Origin: Octopus sinensis
Taxonomy: Eukaryota
DNA: 64,000 nucleotides
Reading direction: 5' to 3'
NCBI RefSeq assembly: GCF_006345805.1
Contig: NC_043026.1
Span: 8,618,001 to 8,682,000, forward strand
The translations under genes and the position numbers were made by a program. Shown piece by piece: positions 47,410-60,950 of the stretch (position 1 is the stretch's first letter; the number at the start of each line of letters is the position of its first letter). The notes under the pieces are model-generated. The model worked only from the letters and a program-made list of their open reading frames with translations. It did not search any database and had not been told where the DNA came from.

Positions 47410-47916
47410 TTCTACATAGTAGCTAGACGTCCCTCACCTCAAGTTGTAAACTCTTATGTATGTATATATGAACCAATAATGGAGTCCCGTATACGGTTGC
47501 TAGACCTTTTGGAAACAACAGCCAAATCTCTCAAATCAAACACTACCGTCTTATGTATATATCTTTGTATACTTAAGTAAGATGGCCCACCACATGCTAG
47601 CTACACTTGTTAGAAATAACAGCTACCCCTCACTCAAATCACACCATACTCTCTGATCATTGTATATGGGTATGAGCCGACAAGTGGGACCTCTGCATTG
47701 TAACTAGTCCTGGCAGAAATAGCAGAGACATCTCCCTCCAATCACCCCAGCTACCTTATGTATGTATGAATATATGTCTAAACCCATGAGAGATGTGTCT
47801 ATATGGTAGCGAGACCTGCTAGAAATAGCAGATACTCTTCTCACAGATTAAATTCTACTGCTTTATGTCTGTGCATATGTGTGTACATGCCAATGATTGA
47901 GGTAAGAACCTGGCCA

Positions 47917-47960
<44 letters not shown>

Positions 47961-48290
47961 TATATGTGTATTTGTATGTACCACTAAGGGAGATGTCAGA
48001 CATAGTAACTGGACCTTTTGAAAATAGCTGCTAAATCTCCCTCAAACCCCACACAACACTCTCTTTTGTATGCATATATGAAAGTATAAGCCAACAGCTG
48101 AGACCTCTAAATGCTTGCTGGAACTGCTAGAAATATCAGCTAAATGTTACTCAAATCACACCCAACACTCTCGTCTAGGAAGCCATGCATGGATATGCAA
48201 GCAAGTGAGGAGTCTACACAGTAGCTAGACCTACTAGAAATAGCAGCTAAACCACCTTCAAATAAGACCTTACAGTCTTATGTATAGTTA
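47410..48290 (+). repeat. Degenerate tandem repeat, ~8 units of ~100 bp
   Basis: Recurring (GC)TAGAAATAGCAGC(C/T)AAATCTCCCTCAAATCACAC motif. Confidence 0.7.
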
Positions 48291-48374
48291 ATCCAAACAT
48301 GAAAACACAACAACGCGAGGACGTGGAACAAATATAGTATTATTGGACGCTCAGGAAGGAAGGGAAGAAGAAGG

Positions 48375-48409
48375 GTTTAACGTTTCGAGCAGAGCTCTTC
48401 GTCGGAAAC
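48375..48409 (-). ncRNA. Minimal type-I hammerhead-ribozyme-like motif within a Penelope-like terminal repeat (~48295-48480)
   Basis: Minus strand GUUU-CCGACGA-A-GAGC-UCU-GCUC-GAA-AC-GU-U-AAAC gives stem I 4 bp, stem II 4 bp and a palindromic stem III. The core has C instead of the canonical U4. Confidence 0.55.
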
Positions 48410-48619
48410 ATAGGAGAAGGAAAGATCCAGAGAAGGGAAGACAGAGGAAAAAAATCGCCAATGGTACACACGCGGTCATGTATGAGTCAATGGGGGAGTC
48501 CACTACAGAGTTAGACATAGCAGAATAACCTCTTCCCCATTTCCTAATCCTGTGTATTTACTTAGATTACTGAGACAAGTTTTAGACAGAATCGGTCCAA
48601 GCCTTGACTAATTTCATAG

Positions 48620-48830
48620 CATTACCTTCTAAAGACAACAAAATATGAGGATTAGTCCACAAGGCTCTTGTAAAGGGATGGTCCATGGCCTCGTTCCCCG
48701 TTGAAATTGGCTGCCATGGCTTTCCAGCTACATCAGTGTGTTATATCCTGCAGAAGATAAGGGTGGGACCCAAACAACTGACAAAAGCCAACAAGAGGAT
48801 GGATAGGAGAGCACAAACTAGATGAAGATG
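48620..48830 (+). mobile_element. RLE-type (HERO/NeSL-like) LINE endonuclease C-terminal fragment
   Basis: KYE(fs)LVHKALVKGWSMASFPVEIGCHGF matches the KY..L......GW......VEVG.RG pattern. Confidence 0.5.
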
Positions 48831-48948
48831 TGTATAATGAGAAACCACAATTGGAACCCTTATGTAGGTGATGGTTATTTAAGTCCTTGCTGCCCCACAC
48901 AGGTCATGTATACAGGCTGAGGGACAAAATTCTTGGTGCTTCCGTTGC

Positions 48949-49430
48949 TTAGGTGACCAATTTACTAGTAGTGGGAAGTGATTCTGAATGCACAGCTTCT
49001 AGAATAAGAACAGGCTGGGTGGAGTTCAGAGAGTTACCACCACTGTTAGTAACGAAGGGCCGTACCGTCAGAGGGAAAGGCAGACTGTATGATGCCTGCG
49101 TACAAACAGCTCTGCTACGTGGCAGTGAGAGCTGGACTGTGACTACTGAGGATCTGCAAAGGCTTCAAAGAAGTGAAGCAAGTATGCTTCGATGGATGGG
49201 TAATGTCAGTGTGCATATATGACAGGGTGTAAGTGGTGGTTTGAGAGAAAGAATGGGTGTATGAGGCACCAGGGTTAGCGTACAAGAGAGAGAAGACTGC
49301 GCTGGTGTGAGCATGTAATGTGTATGGATGAAGACCGTTGCACCAAGATGTGCTGATGTCTAATTATAGAAGGAGCCTGTGGAAGGGATAGACCCAGGAA
49401 GACGTGGGACAGAGGGGTGAGAAAGGATCT
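48949..49430 (+). mobile_element. RTE-like LINE ORF C-terminal fragment
   Basis: LGDQ..RIRTGWVEFRELPPLL..GRLYDACVQTALLRGSESW..SEASMLRWM..ERRLRWCEHV..GRDRPRKTW, with stops. Confidence 0.8.
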
Positions 49431-50096
49431 ACCCAAAATTTTTGTACCTAAAAACCATGGAAGGAGCCTTTTCTTAAAAAAAATTTTCAAAATATAATAC
49501 AAAAGAATTGTAAATATTTTCAGGGTGAGATTTAAGGAGATTTGGCTGTTTTTTTCTAGCACATTGGAAGACCAGCTCCCTGGTTTTCAGTCTCATATGT
49601 ATTGATGTTTTACAATATTTTTCTCCTAAAAAATCACATTTTATGGAATGATGATGTGGAAGTAACACACACATGGTTCATTGGTGGCATATAAGCAAAA
49701 ACAACCGAGAAAACAATTTAAATGTTGACCCCCACCTCACAAGCAGAATTGTTATAAGATTTCATATATTTATATCATCATTTAACATCCATGGGTTAGT
49801 CTTATATATGATATATTAATTTATACACTGGAGACTGGTGCAGCCTCCTGGCTCACCAGTCCTCAGTCAAACGGTCCAACCCATGCCAGCTTGGAAAGCG
49901 GACGTTAAATGATGATTATGATATATACACACCCAAGGATATGGCCTATAATGACTAAGCATATAAGAGTAACTTCATCACCACACACCACTTCCATGGA
50001 CTGTAATCTTCTAAACCGTATTCTACACTCCCACTTCAACGGGTCCAATATTAAACTCCTTCGCTTTTTCATATCATTCCCATTGTTTCAATACCT

Positions 50097-50315
50097 ATTT
50101 CTTTACTACCCACAAGGGGCTAAACACAGAGGAGACAAACAAGGATAGACAGTCGGATTAAGTCGATTATATCGATGTGGTCTGGGAAGTTACACTGGTG
50201 CGTAACTGGTACTTAATTTATCGACCCCGGCGGAATTTGAACTCAGAACGTAACGGCAAACGAAATACGGCTACGCATTTCGCCCGGCGTGCTAACGTTT
50301 CTGCCAGTTTGCCGC
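50097..50315 (-). mobile_element. SINE family B
   Basis: Reverse complement of the 56641 family. Confidence 0.8.
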
Positions 50316-50596
50316 CTTCCACAACCCATTTTCATTTACCCAAAGGACAGCACACCTCATGAACCCTCCCACCCATACCCCATATTCTTCTTGTCCACTT
50401 CAATACAGAATCAGCTCAGCATATATTGACCTCATCCAGTTGCTCTTAATCTTGCATCATCTAAAAATGGCCATCGTCTCATGTGTTTGAGTTGCTGTGT
50501 GTTTCTTTCATCTTTTACTTGTTTCAGTCATTTGACTGTGGCCATGCTGGGGCACTGCCTCGAAGAAGTTTTAGTCAAATAAATCAACCCATTACT

Positions 50597-51507
50597 TGTT
50601 GGTTAAGCATTCACTGGTCTATTCTGTCTGCCTGGAATTCCCTTTATACAAAAGAATGACAAGAAGAACCAGGTAAATTCAATGCAACTGTTATTTATTA
50701 CAACCCCTTATAAAAATACAAGGTAAATGTCTTACAAATTGTGAAGCAACAGGTTTGGCAAGTTTTAACGAACTCTATCTGGAACAGGGGGAGTTGTATC
50801 ACAGTTGAAATTCTGTAGCATGTTCATGGCTTGGTTCTGTGTGCTGGGCAGCATCATTTGTTGTGATCTGTCTGTTGCTGTAGAGGAAGTACAAGTTTAC
50901 CAGGCCAGAGAGAGAGAGATGAGGAATGAAAACAGAAACAGGTGTGCCGCCACAAAGGAGATACATGGTTACCCAGCCTGAGGGAAACGCAGAAGGAGAT
51001 AGAGGGTGGGAGACAACACGATGGAGATAGTGGCAAAATGATGGGCGTATTCACTAGGGAGGGGATCAGAAGATAAATGGGGATCCTTGAGTAAGGGAAG
51101 AAAGAGATATAGATGGTGGAAAGGGCCAGGCCATACCCTTGGGGTTTAAACGTCATAATATAAATGACAGGATACTGTAAGGAAGCATGATTAGAGTGTA
51201 GGGGGTGTTGAGTTTTAACAAACTCTATCTGGAACAGTGGGAGTTGTATCATAGTTGAAATTCTGTAGCATGTTCATGGTTTGGTTCTGTGTGTTGGGCA
51301 GGGTCAATTGTTGTGATCTCAACTCTCTCCCTTCTTTTCTCTGCCCAAAAGCTTGAGGGATTGTTCCTTATATAATGACTGGTGTGCAGGAAGAGAATTT
51401 TTTCTGTTGGGTTAAAACCTGTTGCTCAGGCACCAATTGGCTAGTTAAGACCATTTGATCTTGGCAACGGATTTAGTCTAACCCTAGTTGCATGATTAAT
51501 GTTGACA
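50597..51507 (-). mobile_element. Solo LTR (long variant), copy 3
   Basis: TGTTGG...TTGACA termini, flanks TTACT/TTACC (5-bp TSD, one mismatch), and minus-strand TATATAA at 51374-51368. Confidence 0.75.
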
Positions 51508-51672
51508 TTACCAAAATACGCCAATCATTATTATCATTTAACATCTATTGTTCATGTTGTTATGCGTTGGACAACTTGACCTGGGTTGGCAAACTGGGAG
51601 ACTGGACCAGGCCCCAGTCTGATTTCGCATGTTTCCTATGGCTGGATGCCCTTCCTAACACAAACCACTTAA

Positions 51673-51883
51673 CCCTTTAGTGTTCGCATTATTCTACCAA
51701 AATTAATGCTTCTTTATCCACATTGTTTTGAACTAATCATGTATTATCTTGTGGCTATGAGATTTTGATGAGGTAGCTGTTAATTTTTAAAATGATATTG
51801 TAGGGCTGGTGTACGAGACCAGGTCTGGCCAGTTTGAATATAAAACAGGCAGAATACTTTTGGCCGGATTAAATGCTAAAGGG
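51673..51883. mobile_element. piggyBac-like MITE
   Basis: TTAA|CCCTTTAG...CTAAAGGG|TTAA. Confidence 0.85.
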
Positions 51884-52210
51884 TTAAAGTGCCAGAACCG
51901 GGGTTGCCGTAAGCATTTCCCCAGTACCTGCCACAACTACCATCTCACTTGGCTTCCTGGGTCTTCTTCTCATTTGATACAATTTAAAGCTGAATAGCTG
52001 GGTGGGTAGAATGCTTCCTACATATATAAACAATGGCTTTCTTTCAGCTTCCATCTACCAAATCCACTCAAAAGGCTTTGGTCAGACTGAGCCTATAGTA
52101 GAAGACACTTGCCCAAGGTGCCACGCAGTGAGACTGAACCCAGAACCATGCAGTTGGGAAGCAAACCTCTGACCAAACAGCCACACTTATTGTTTTAAGA
52201 GTTTTATAAC

Positions 52211-52726
52211 AAAAAAACACCATCCGAGCGTGGCTGTCTGCCAGCCTCGTCTGGCACCTGTGTCGGTGACAAATAAAAAAACACCATCCGAGCGTGGCCG
52301 TCTGCCAGCCTCGTCTGGCACCTGTGTCGGTGGCACATAAAAAAACACCATCCGAGCGTGGCCGTTCGCCAGCCTCGTCTGGCACCTGTGTCGGTGGCAC
52401 ATAAAAAAACACCATCCGAGCGTGGCCGTCTGCCAGCCTCGTCTGGCACCTGTGTCGGTGGCACATAAAAAAACACCATCCGAGCGTGGCCGTTCGCCAG
52501 CCTCGACTGGCACCTGTGTCGGTGGCACATAAAAAAACACCATCCGAGCGTGGCCGTCTGCCAGCCTCGTCTGGCACCTGTGTCGGTGGCACATAAAAAA
52601 ACACCATCCGAGCGTGGCCGTCTGCCAGCCTCGTCTGGCACCTGTGTCGGTGGCACATAAAAAAACACCATCCGAGCGTGGCCGTCTGCCAGCCTCGTCT
52701 GGCACCTGTGTCGGTGGCACATAAAA
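52211..52726 (+). repeat. Tandem array, 8 x 64 bp, amplified inside a family D retroelement 3' end
   Basis: Exact 64-bp period (CACC at 52218, 52282 ... 52666). Continues into the normal family D sequence and a (GAT)n tail at ~52890. Confidence 0.97.
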
Positions 52727-52913
52727 AGCACCCACTACACTCACGGAGTGGTTTGCGTTAGGAAGGGCATCCAGCCGTAGAAACACTGCCAGATCAGACT
52801 GGCCTGGTGCAGCCTTCTGGCTTCCCAGACTCCAGTTGAACCGTCCAACCCATGCTAGCATGGAAAGCGGACGCTAAACGATGATGATGATTCAAAATCT
52901 GGAAGAAATTGCC

Positions 52914-52950
52914 TTTATTAAAAAAAAACATCCCACAGGTAAGTTATCTT
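52914..52950 (-). promoter_or_regulatory. Putative polyA signal of ZNF3; hairpin decayed
   Basis: TTTATT at 52914-52919. CAGGTAAGTTATCTT at 52936-52950 has lost pairing. Confidence 0.5.
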
Positions 52951-53784
52951 AAATGTGGTGACATAAACTATAGAGTTGGGAGGTTGTTATCACACACTGT
53001 TCTGTCTCCTCTCCTGTGTGAATATACAGTTGTAGAGTGTCCATTAAAAAAAATTTTTGTCTTCTTTGGCATAGAAGGAACTTCCACAATTACAGCAATT
53101 CCCTGATGAATAGCTTGGTTAATGCCATGGAGAAAGGCCAGAACACTATCACCAATTTAGGAGGAGCTCAAAATGCTTATTGTTCTTATGAATTGTCACA
53201 TTGATAGTCATACATCTATATGAATAGATACACATTTAGTGAACACCAGAAGTACCGAGCGGTCATTATTCACCAATTCTGCTTATTACTTTTTAGTTTC
53301 TACAACTCTATTGAATGGTGCAATCATGAGCATCATTTCATATGTGTATAGATATATATTTTTTGCATGCAAATAAATGATAAAAGAATGTATTTTCAAA
53401 TCCTTTATTCAATGCATTTGTTTATATTTAAATTAATTTGTATTAAATGCGATTTTCAATGACAGTCAAAAATGACCGATATGAGTTTTGTAAGAAGAAA
53501 GAAATGTTGGTACATCTAGTATCCACTCTTCAGCATTTCAACCACCCATATCTGGCCTAAATATTCTACCAGTTTTATTTCAAACAGATTAGACACGGCC
53601 TCTTACACCTACCCTACAATGTCATTGTGAAAATACACAATCACATCATCAAATCTTCAGAGCTGTGAGTTGATGCATGACAAATTGAAAATAATGTGAA
53701 TAAACAAACATCACATTCGACAGAATAATCTGAATGGTAAAGGGTTCAGTCACAACTTATAGAGAAGGGTTTACCATGAATATC

Positions 53785-55386
<1,602 letters not shown>

Positions 55387-55785
55387 TATTTTTCTTTGAA
55401 AATCACAAAAAATATATATATATATATATATATGTTTTCTTCTTTGTACTTCTATAGTCTTTTGTTTGCAAGTATTTCGACTGCTGTATTTCTGTCCAGT
55501 GTTACCTTTGTCCCAAAACTCGTTAGTAAATTTATCCAAGTTTAATTTGCAAAGAGACACATCTTGTAGACACTCCAGCCAGTGATGTCCAGAAGATTTG
55601 CTAATAACACATTTCAGAGTAAATATATCAGAGGAATTCCACCATAGATTTATAGAAACAATCTTATATATCTGTTCTGTACAATATTTTCATTTTGGTC
55701 TTTGAAAGATGATAAATAATGAGAATGTTTCTTCAGTTATGCCAATGTCATCTGATATTCTGAAAGAATAAAGAAACAACAGTGT
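55387..55785 (-). other. 5'UTR and splice acceptor of ZNF3
   Basis: TTTATTCTTTCAG|AATATC, exon start at 55759. Confidence 0.7.
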
Positions 55786-56239
55786 AAGATATAGAGGCTA
55801 CTTAAAAAAATACAGATTCAACATTTCCATAGAGATAAACTCTAGAAACAAACATTTAACTGAACAACAGAACTATTCACTTTATTAAAATTTAGATCAG
55901 AAAATTTTGTGTGAAGCTAACAGATTTTAAACTCTATAGACACACTCACCTTTATATATATACACACATACATACATGTGCGTGTGTGTGTGTATATATA
56001 TATATACATACATACACACACATATACATAAATATACAGTACAAAGTAATATATATAAAATAGTAAAAAGTGAAAAAACTACAGAAGGCTTGTTTTAGAA
56101 GGTTAAAAAATATATATTTGAGTCATTATGTCTGAAGAATGTTATAAATTTTTTTCATACAATGACATAGTTTTTGAAGAAAGACCGGTTTCGCGTTCAG
56201 CTTTTCAAATTTCTTACACTGTTATGTTTTCTCACCTAT

Positions 56240-56271
<32 letters not shown>

Positions 56272-56273
56272 GT

Positions 56274-56865
56274 GAAGGTGCAATTGTCCAATGGTTAGGG
56301 CGGTGGACACTCAGTGGTAGGATCGCAGTTTCGATTCCCAGACCGGGTGTTGTGAGTGTTTATTGAGCAAAAAATACGAGGCTCCAGTAAGGGGTGGTGG
56401 TGGTGAACCCTGCCGTACACTTTCACCAAAACATTCTCTCACTCTTTCTTACTGTTTCTGTTGTAACTGTATTTCAAAGGACCAGCCTTGTCACACTGAA
56501 TCTCCCCGAGGTACACGTCTGTGGAGTACTCAGCCACTTGCACATTAATTTCACGAGTAGGCTTTTCTGTTGATCGGATCAACTGGAACCCTCATCGTCG
56601 TAACCGATAGAGTGCCATGATACAGTAGAACCTCGCAGTACAAGCTGGCAGAAACGTTAGCACGTCGGGCGAAATGCTTAGCGGTATTTCGTCTGCCGTT
56701 ACGTTCTGAGTTCAAATTCTGCCGAGGTCGACTTTGCCTTTCATCCTTTCGGGGTCAATAAATTAAGTACCAGTTATGCACAGGGTTGATGTAATCAACT
56801 TAATACCTATGTCTGTCCTTGTTTGTCTCCCCTGTGTTTGCCCCTCGTGGGCAATAAAGAAATAT
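56274..56865 (+). mobile_element. Adjacent SINE family C (56274-56615) and family B (56641-56865)
   Basis: Homology to the other copies in this window. Confidence 0.8.
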
Positions 56866-57661
56866 GTTGCCATGGAGAAAGCCCAGAACACTATCACCAA
56901 TTTAGGAGGAGCTCAAAATGCTTATTGTTCTTATGAATTGTCACATTGATAGTCATACATCTATATGAATAGATACACATTTAGTTAACACCAGAAGTAC
57001 CGAGCGGTCATTTTTCACCAATTCTGCTTATTACTTTTTAATTTCTACAACTGTATTGAATGTGCAATCATGAACATCATTTCATATGTGTATGAATATA
57101 TATTTTTTGCATGTAAATAAATGATAAAAGAATGTATTTTCAAATCCTTTATTCAATGCATTTGCTGATATTTAAAATAAATTGTATTAAATAAAGATTT
57201 TCAATTACACTTAAAAATGACCGCTATGGTCTTTGTAAAAAGTAAGGAATGTGTACTTCAGCATTTAAACCACCCGTATTTGATCTAATACTCTACCTAT
57301 TTTATGTTCAAACTGGCCAGAGTCTTACACCTACCCTACAATGTCATTCTGAAAATAAACAATCACATTATCAAAACTCGAGAGTTATGAGACAAATTGA
57401 AAATAATTATCATCACTGTCGTTTAATGTCCACTTTCTATGCTGGAAGACAGAGGACTGGCGAGCCAGAAGGCTGCACCAGGCTCCAATCTGATCAGGCA
57501 AAGTTTCTACAGCTGGATGCCCTTCCTGACGCCAACCTCTCCATGAGTGTAGTGGGTGCTTTTTACGTGCCACCGGCACATAAACATTACATTCAGCAGA
57601 ATAATCTGCATGAGAAAGGGTTAACTGACCACTTACAGAGAACGATTTAGCACAAATATCA

Positions 57662-58027
<366 letters not shown>

Positions 58028-58087
58028 TTAAACCAGTATTGCCAGAGAGTGATTTACCGAAGATGCTACAGGAATACGGTATCTTAT

Positions 58088-58283
58088 CGTGGCCGTTTGC
58101 CAGCCTCGTCTGGCACCTGTGCCAGTGGCACATAAAAAGCATCCACTACACTCACGGAGTGGTTGGCGTTAGGAAGGGCATCCAGCTGTAGAAACATTGC
58201 CAGATCAGACTGGGCCTGGTGCAACCTTCTGGCTTCCCAGACCCCAGCATGGAAAGCAGACGCTAAACAATGATGATGATGAT
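58088..58283 (+). mobile_element. Family D retroelement 3' end inserted in a finger
   Basis: CGTGGCCGTTTGCC...GGAAAGCAGACGCTAAAC with a (GAT)n-type tail. Confidence 0.85.
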
Positions 58284-58860
58284 TGAGTGAATGATTTACT
58301 ACAGATGTTACACTGATATGGCTTCTCTCCTGTATGAATGTGTTTGTGAGATTTTAAATCCCCTCGGTGAGAGAATGATTTACCACAGACATCACAACGA
58401 TAAGGCTTCTCTCCTGTATGAAGACGTTTGTGTACAGTCAAGTCATTACTTCGAGAGAATGATTTACCACAGATTTCACAATGAAATGGTTTCTCCCCTG
58501 TATGAACACGTATGTGTAAATTTAAAGCACTTCGATTAGAGAATGATTTACTACAGATGTTACACTGATATGGCTTCTCTCCTGTATGAATGTGTTTGTG
58601 AGAATTGAAGGCACTTTTGTTAGAGAATGATGTACCACAGACATCACAGTGAAAGGGCTTCTCTCCTGTATGAATACGTTTGTGTAAGAGCAATTCGGAA
58701 CTTGTACAGAATGATTTACCACAGATATCACAGTGGTATGGCTTCTCTCCTGTATGGAAACGTTTATGGGTAGCTAAGTTGCAAAGGTGAAAGAATGATT
58801 TACCACAGATGTCACAGTGAAATGGTTTCACCCTGTATGAACACGTATGTGTGAATTTAA

Positions 58861-59070
58861 CCCTTTAGCATTCAAACCGGCCAAAATATTTAACCTGTTT
58901 TACATTGAAACTGACCAGATCTCACCTCTCACCTCAGCCCTACCATGTCATTCTAAAACTAAAAAACCACATCACTGAAATCTCTAAACTACAAGATAAT
59001 GCAGCATTAATTCAAAACAATATAAATAAACAAACATCACATTTGAGAGAATAATCTGAACACTAAAGGG
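58861..59070. mobile_element. Young piggyBac-like MITE inserted into a ZNF finger
   Basis: TTAA|CCCTTTAG...CTAAAGGG|TTAA duplicating the TTAA of a TTA AAT (Leu-Asn) codon pair. Confidence 0.9.
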
Positions 59071-59206
59071 TTAAAGTACCTAGGTTACAGGATGTATTAG
59101 GAATGTATTAGACATCATAATGATAGGTCTTCCGTTCAGTATGAATAGATTTGTGGCTATTTAGGGGACTACTCTCAGAGAAAGATTGGCCAAAGATATT
59201 GCAGTA

Positions 59207-60565
59207 TTATGGACCCTCCCCTGTATGAATACATCTATGAGAATTTAAAACACTCCTCCGATAGAATGATTTACTACAGACGTTACACTGATATGGCTTC
59301 TCTCCTGTATGAACACGTTTGTGACGTTTTAAAATACTTTGGTGAGAGAATGATGTACCGCAGATATCACAGTGATAAGGCTTCTCTCCTGTATGAGTAC
59401 GTTTGTGGGTAATCAAGTTACTACTTTGAGGGAATGATTTACCACAGATGTCACAGTGAAATGGCTTCTCCCCTGTATGGAGACGCTTGTGTGTAGTCAA
59501 GCTACTGGCTGAAAAGAATGATTTACCACAGATATCACAGTGATATGGTTTCTCTCCTGTATGGAAACGTTTGTGAATAAGTAAGCTGTTATGTCGAGAG
59601 AATGATTTACCACAGATATCACAATAATATGGTGTCTCTCCAGTATGAATACGTTTGTGGTTATTTAGGGTATTATTTTCAGAGAAAGATTTACCACAGA
59701 TGTTGCAGTGATATGGCTTCTCTCCTGTATGGATACGTTTATGAGAAGTTAAAGCACTCCTCTGAGAGAATGATTTATTACAAATGTTACACTGATACGG
59801 CTTCTCTCCTGTATGAATACGTTTGTGACGATTTAAAACACTTCGATCAGAAAATGATGCACCGCAGACATCACAGTGATATGGCTTCTCTCCTGTATGA
59901 ATACGTTTGTGTAGAGTCAGGTTATATTTTCGAGGGAAGGAGTTACCACAAATGTCACAGTGAAATGGCTTCTCCCCTGTATGAACACGTATGTGATAAT
60001 TTAAGGTACTTTGGTCAGAGAATGATTTACTACAGACATCACAATGATAGGGCTTCTCCCCTGTATGAATACGTTTGTGCTTATTTAAGTAACCCTTTTG
60101 AGAGAAGGACTTTTTACAGACATCACAGTCATATGACAATTTTCTTCCTTTTTCTCTTTCTTCAGGGGAAAAATGAATGGATTTATGAGAAGTTAAAGTA
60201 CCACGTTGAGAGAATGATTTACTACAGACATTACACTGATATGGCTTCTCTCCTGTATGAACACGTTTGTGACAATTTAAAGCACTTCGGTGAGAAAATG
60301 ATTTACCACAAATATCACAGTGATACGGCTTCTCTCCCGTATGGGTGGGTTTGTGTTCAGTTAAGTCATTACTTCGACAGAATGATTTACCACAGATTCC
60401 ACAGTGAAAGGGCTTCTCTCCTCTATGAATACGTTTGTGCATATTCAAGTTACCCTTTCGAGAGAAAGACTTTTTACACACATCACAGTCATGTGACAAT
60501 TTTTGTCTCTCTTTTTTGCTATCTTCTGGAAAAATATGTTCCTTTAGATTCTCACTCTTTTCCAT
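59207..60565 (-). CDS. C2H2 zinc-finger protein ZNF4, 452 aa, 15 fingers, chimeric (second leader after finger 4)
   Basis: Intact ORF. Internal [28 protein letters not shown] resembles the ZNF1 N-terminus [27 protein letters not shown]. Confidence 0.93.
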   Translation of the reverse strand: MEKSENLKEHIFPEDSKKERQKLSHDCDVCKKSFSRKGNLNMHKRIHRGEKPFHCGICGKSFCRSNDLTEHKPTHTGEKPYHCDICGKSFSHRSALNCHKRVHTGEKPYQCNVCSKSFSQRGTLTSHKSIHFSPEEREKGRKLSYDCDVCKKSFSQKGYLNKHKRIHTGEKPYHCDVCSKSFSDQSTLNYHIRVHTGEKPFHCDICGNSFPRKYNLTLHKRIHTGEKPYHCDVCGASFSDRSVLNRHKRIHTGEKPYQCNICNKSFSQRSALTSHKRIHTGEKPYHCNICGKSFSENNTLNNHKRIHTGETPYYCDICGKSFSRHNSLLIHKRFHTGEKPYHCDICGKSFFSASSLTTHKRLHTGEKPFHCDICGKSFPQSSNLITHKRTHTGEKPYHCDICGTSFSHQSILKRHKRVHTGEKPYQCNVCSKSFYRRSVLNSHRCIHTGEGP

Positions 60566-60950
60566 TATTTTTCTTCTGAAATCACAATATATAATCTTTT
60601 TTCACCTTTTTGCTTTTATAGTCTTTTGTTTACATATATTTCGACTGCTGTATTTCAGTCCAGTGTTACCTTTGTCCCAAAGCTCTCTAGTAAATTTATT
60701 CAAGTTTAATTCTTATACAGACTCATCTTGTAGACACTCCAGCCAGTGATGTCCAGAAGGTTTGCTAATAACACATTTCAGAGTAAATATATCAGAGGAA
60801 TTCCACCATAGATTTATAGAAACAATCTTATATATCTGTTCTGTACAATATTTCCATTTTGGTCTTTAAGAGATGATAAATAATGAGAATGTATCTTCAG
60901 TTATACCAATGTCATCTGATATTCTGAAATAATAAAGAAACAACAGTGTA
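60566..60950 (-). other. 5'UTR and splice acceptor of ZNF4
   Basis: TTTATTATTTCAG|AATATC, exon start at 60923. Confidence 0.75.

Noticed and set aside
52068-52861. 175-224 aa minus-strand ORFs
   Set aside because: Translations of the 64-bp tandem array and the retroelement tail.
55387-55560. 58-aa N-terminal extension of ZNF3, or a coding role for the conserved 5' exon part
   Set aside because: It starts at GTG and runs through a (TA)n tract. The same frame has stops in every paralog and is out of frame with the ATG in ZNF1.
59602-60579. 325-aa plus-strand ORF and similar MASLLYEYV ORFs at 7096, 22134, 54954 and 58291
   Set aside because: Antisense shadows of the 84-bp zinc-finger codon periodicity; no independent evidence.
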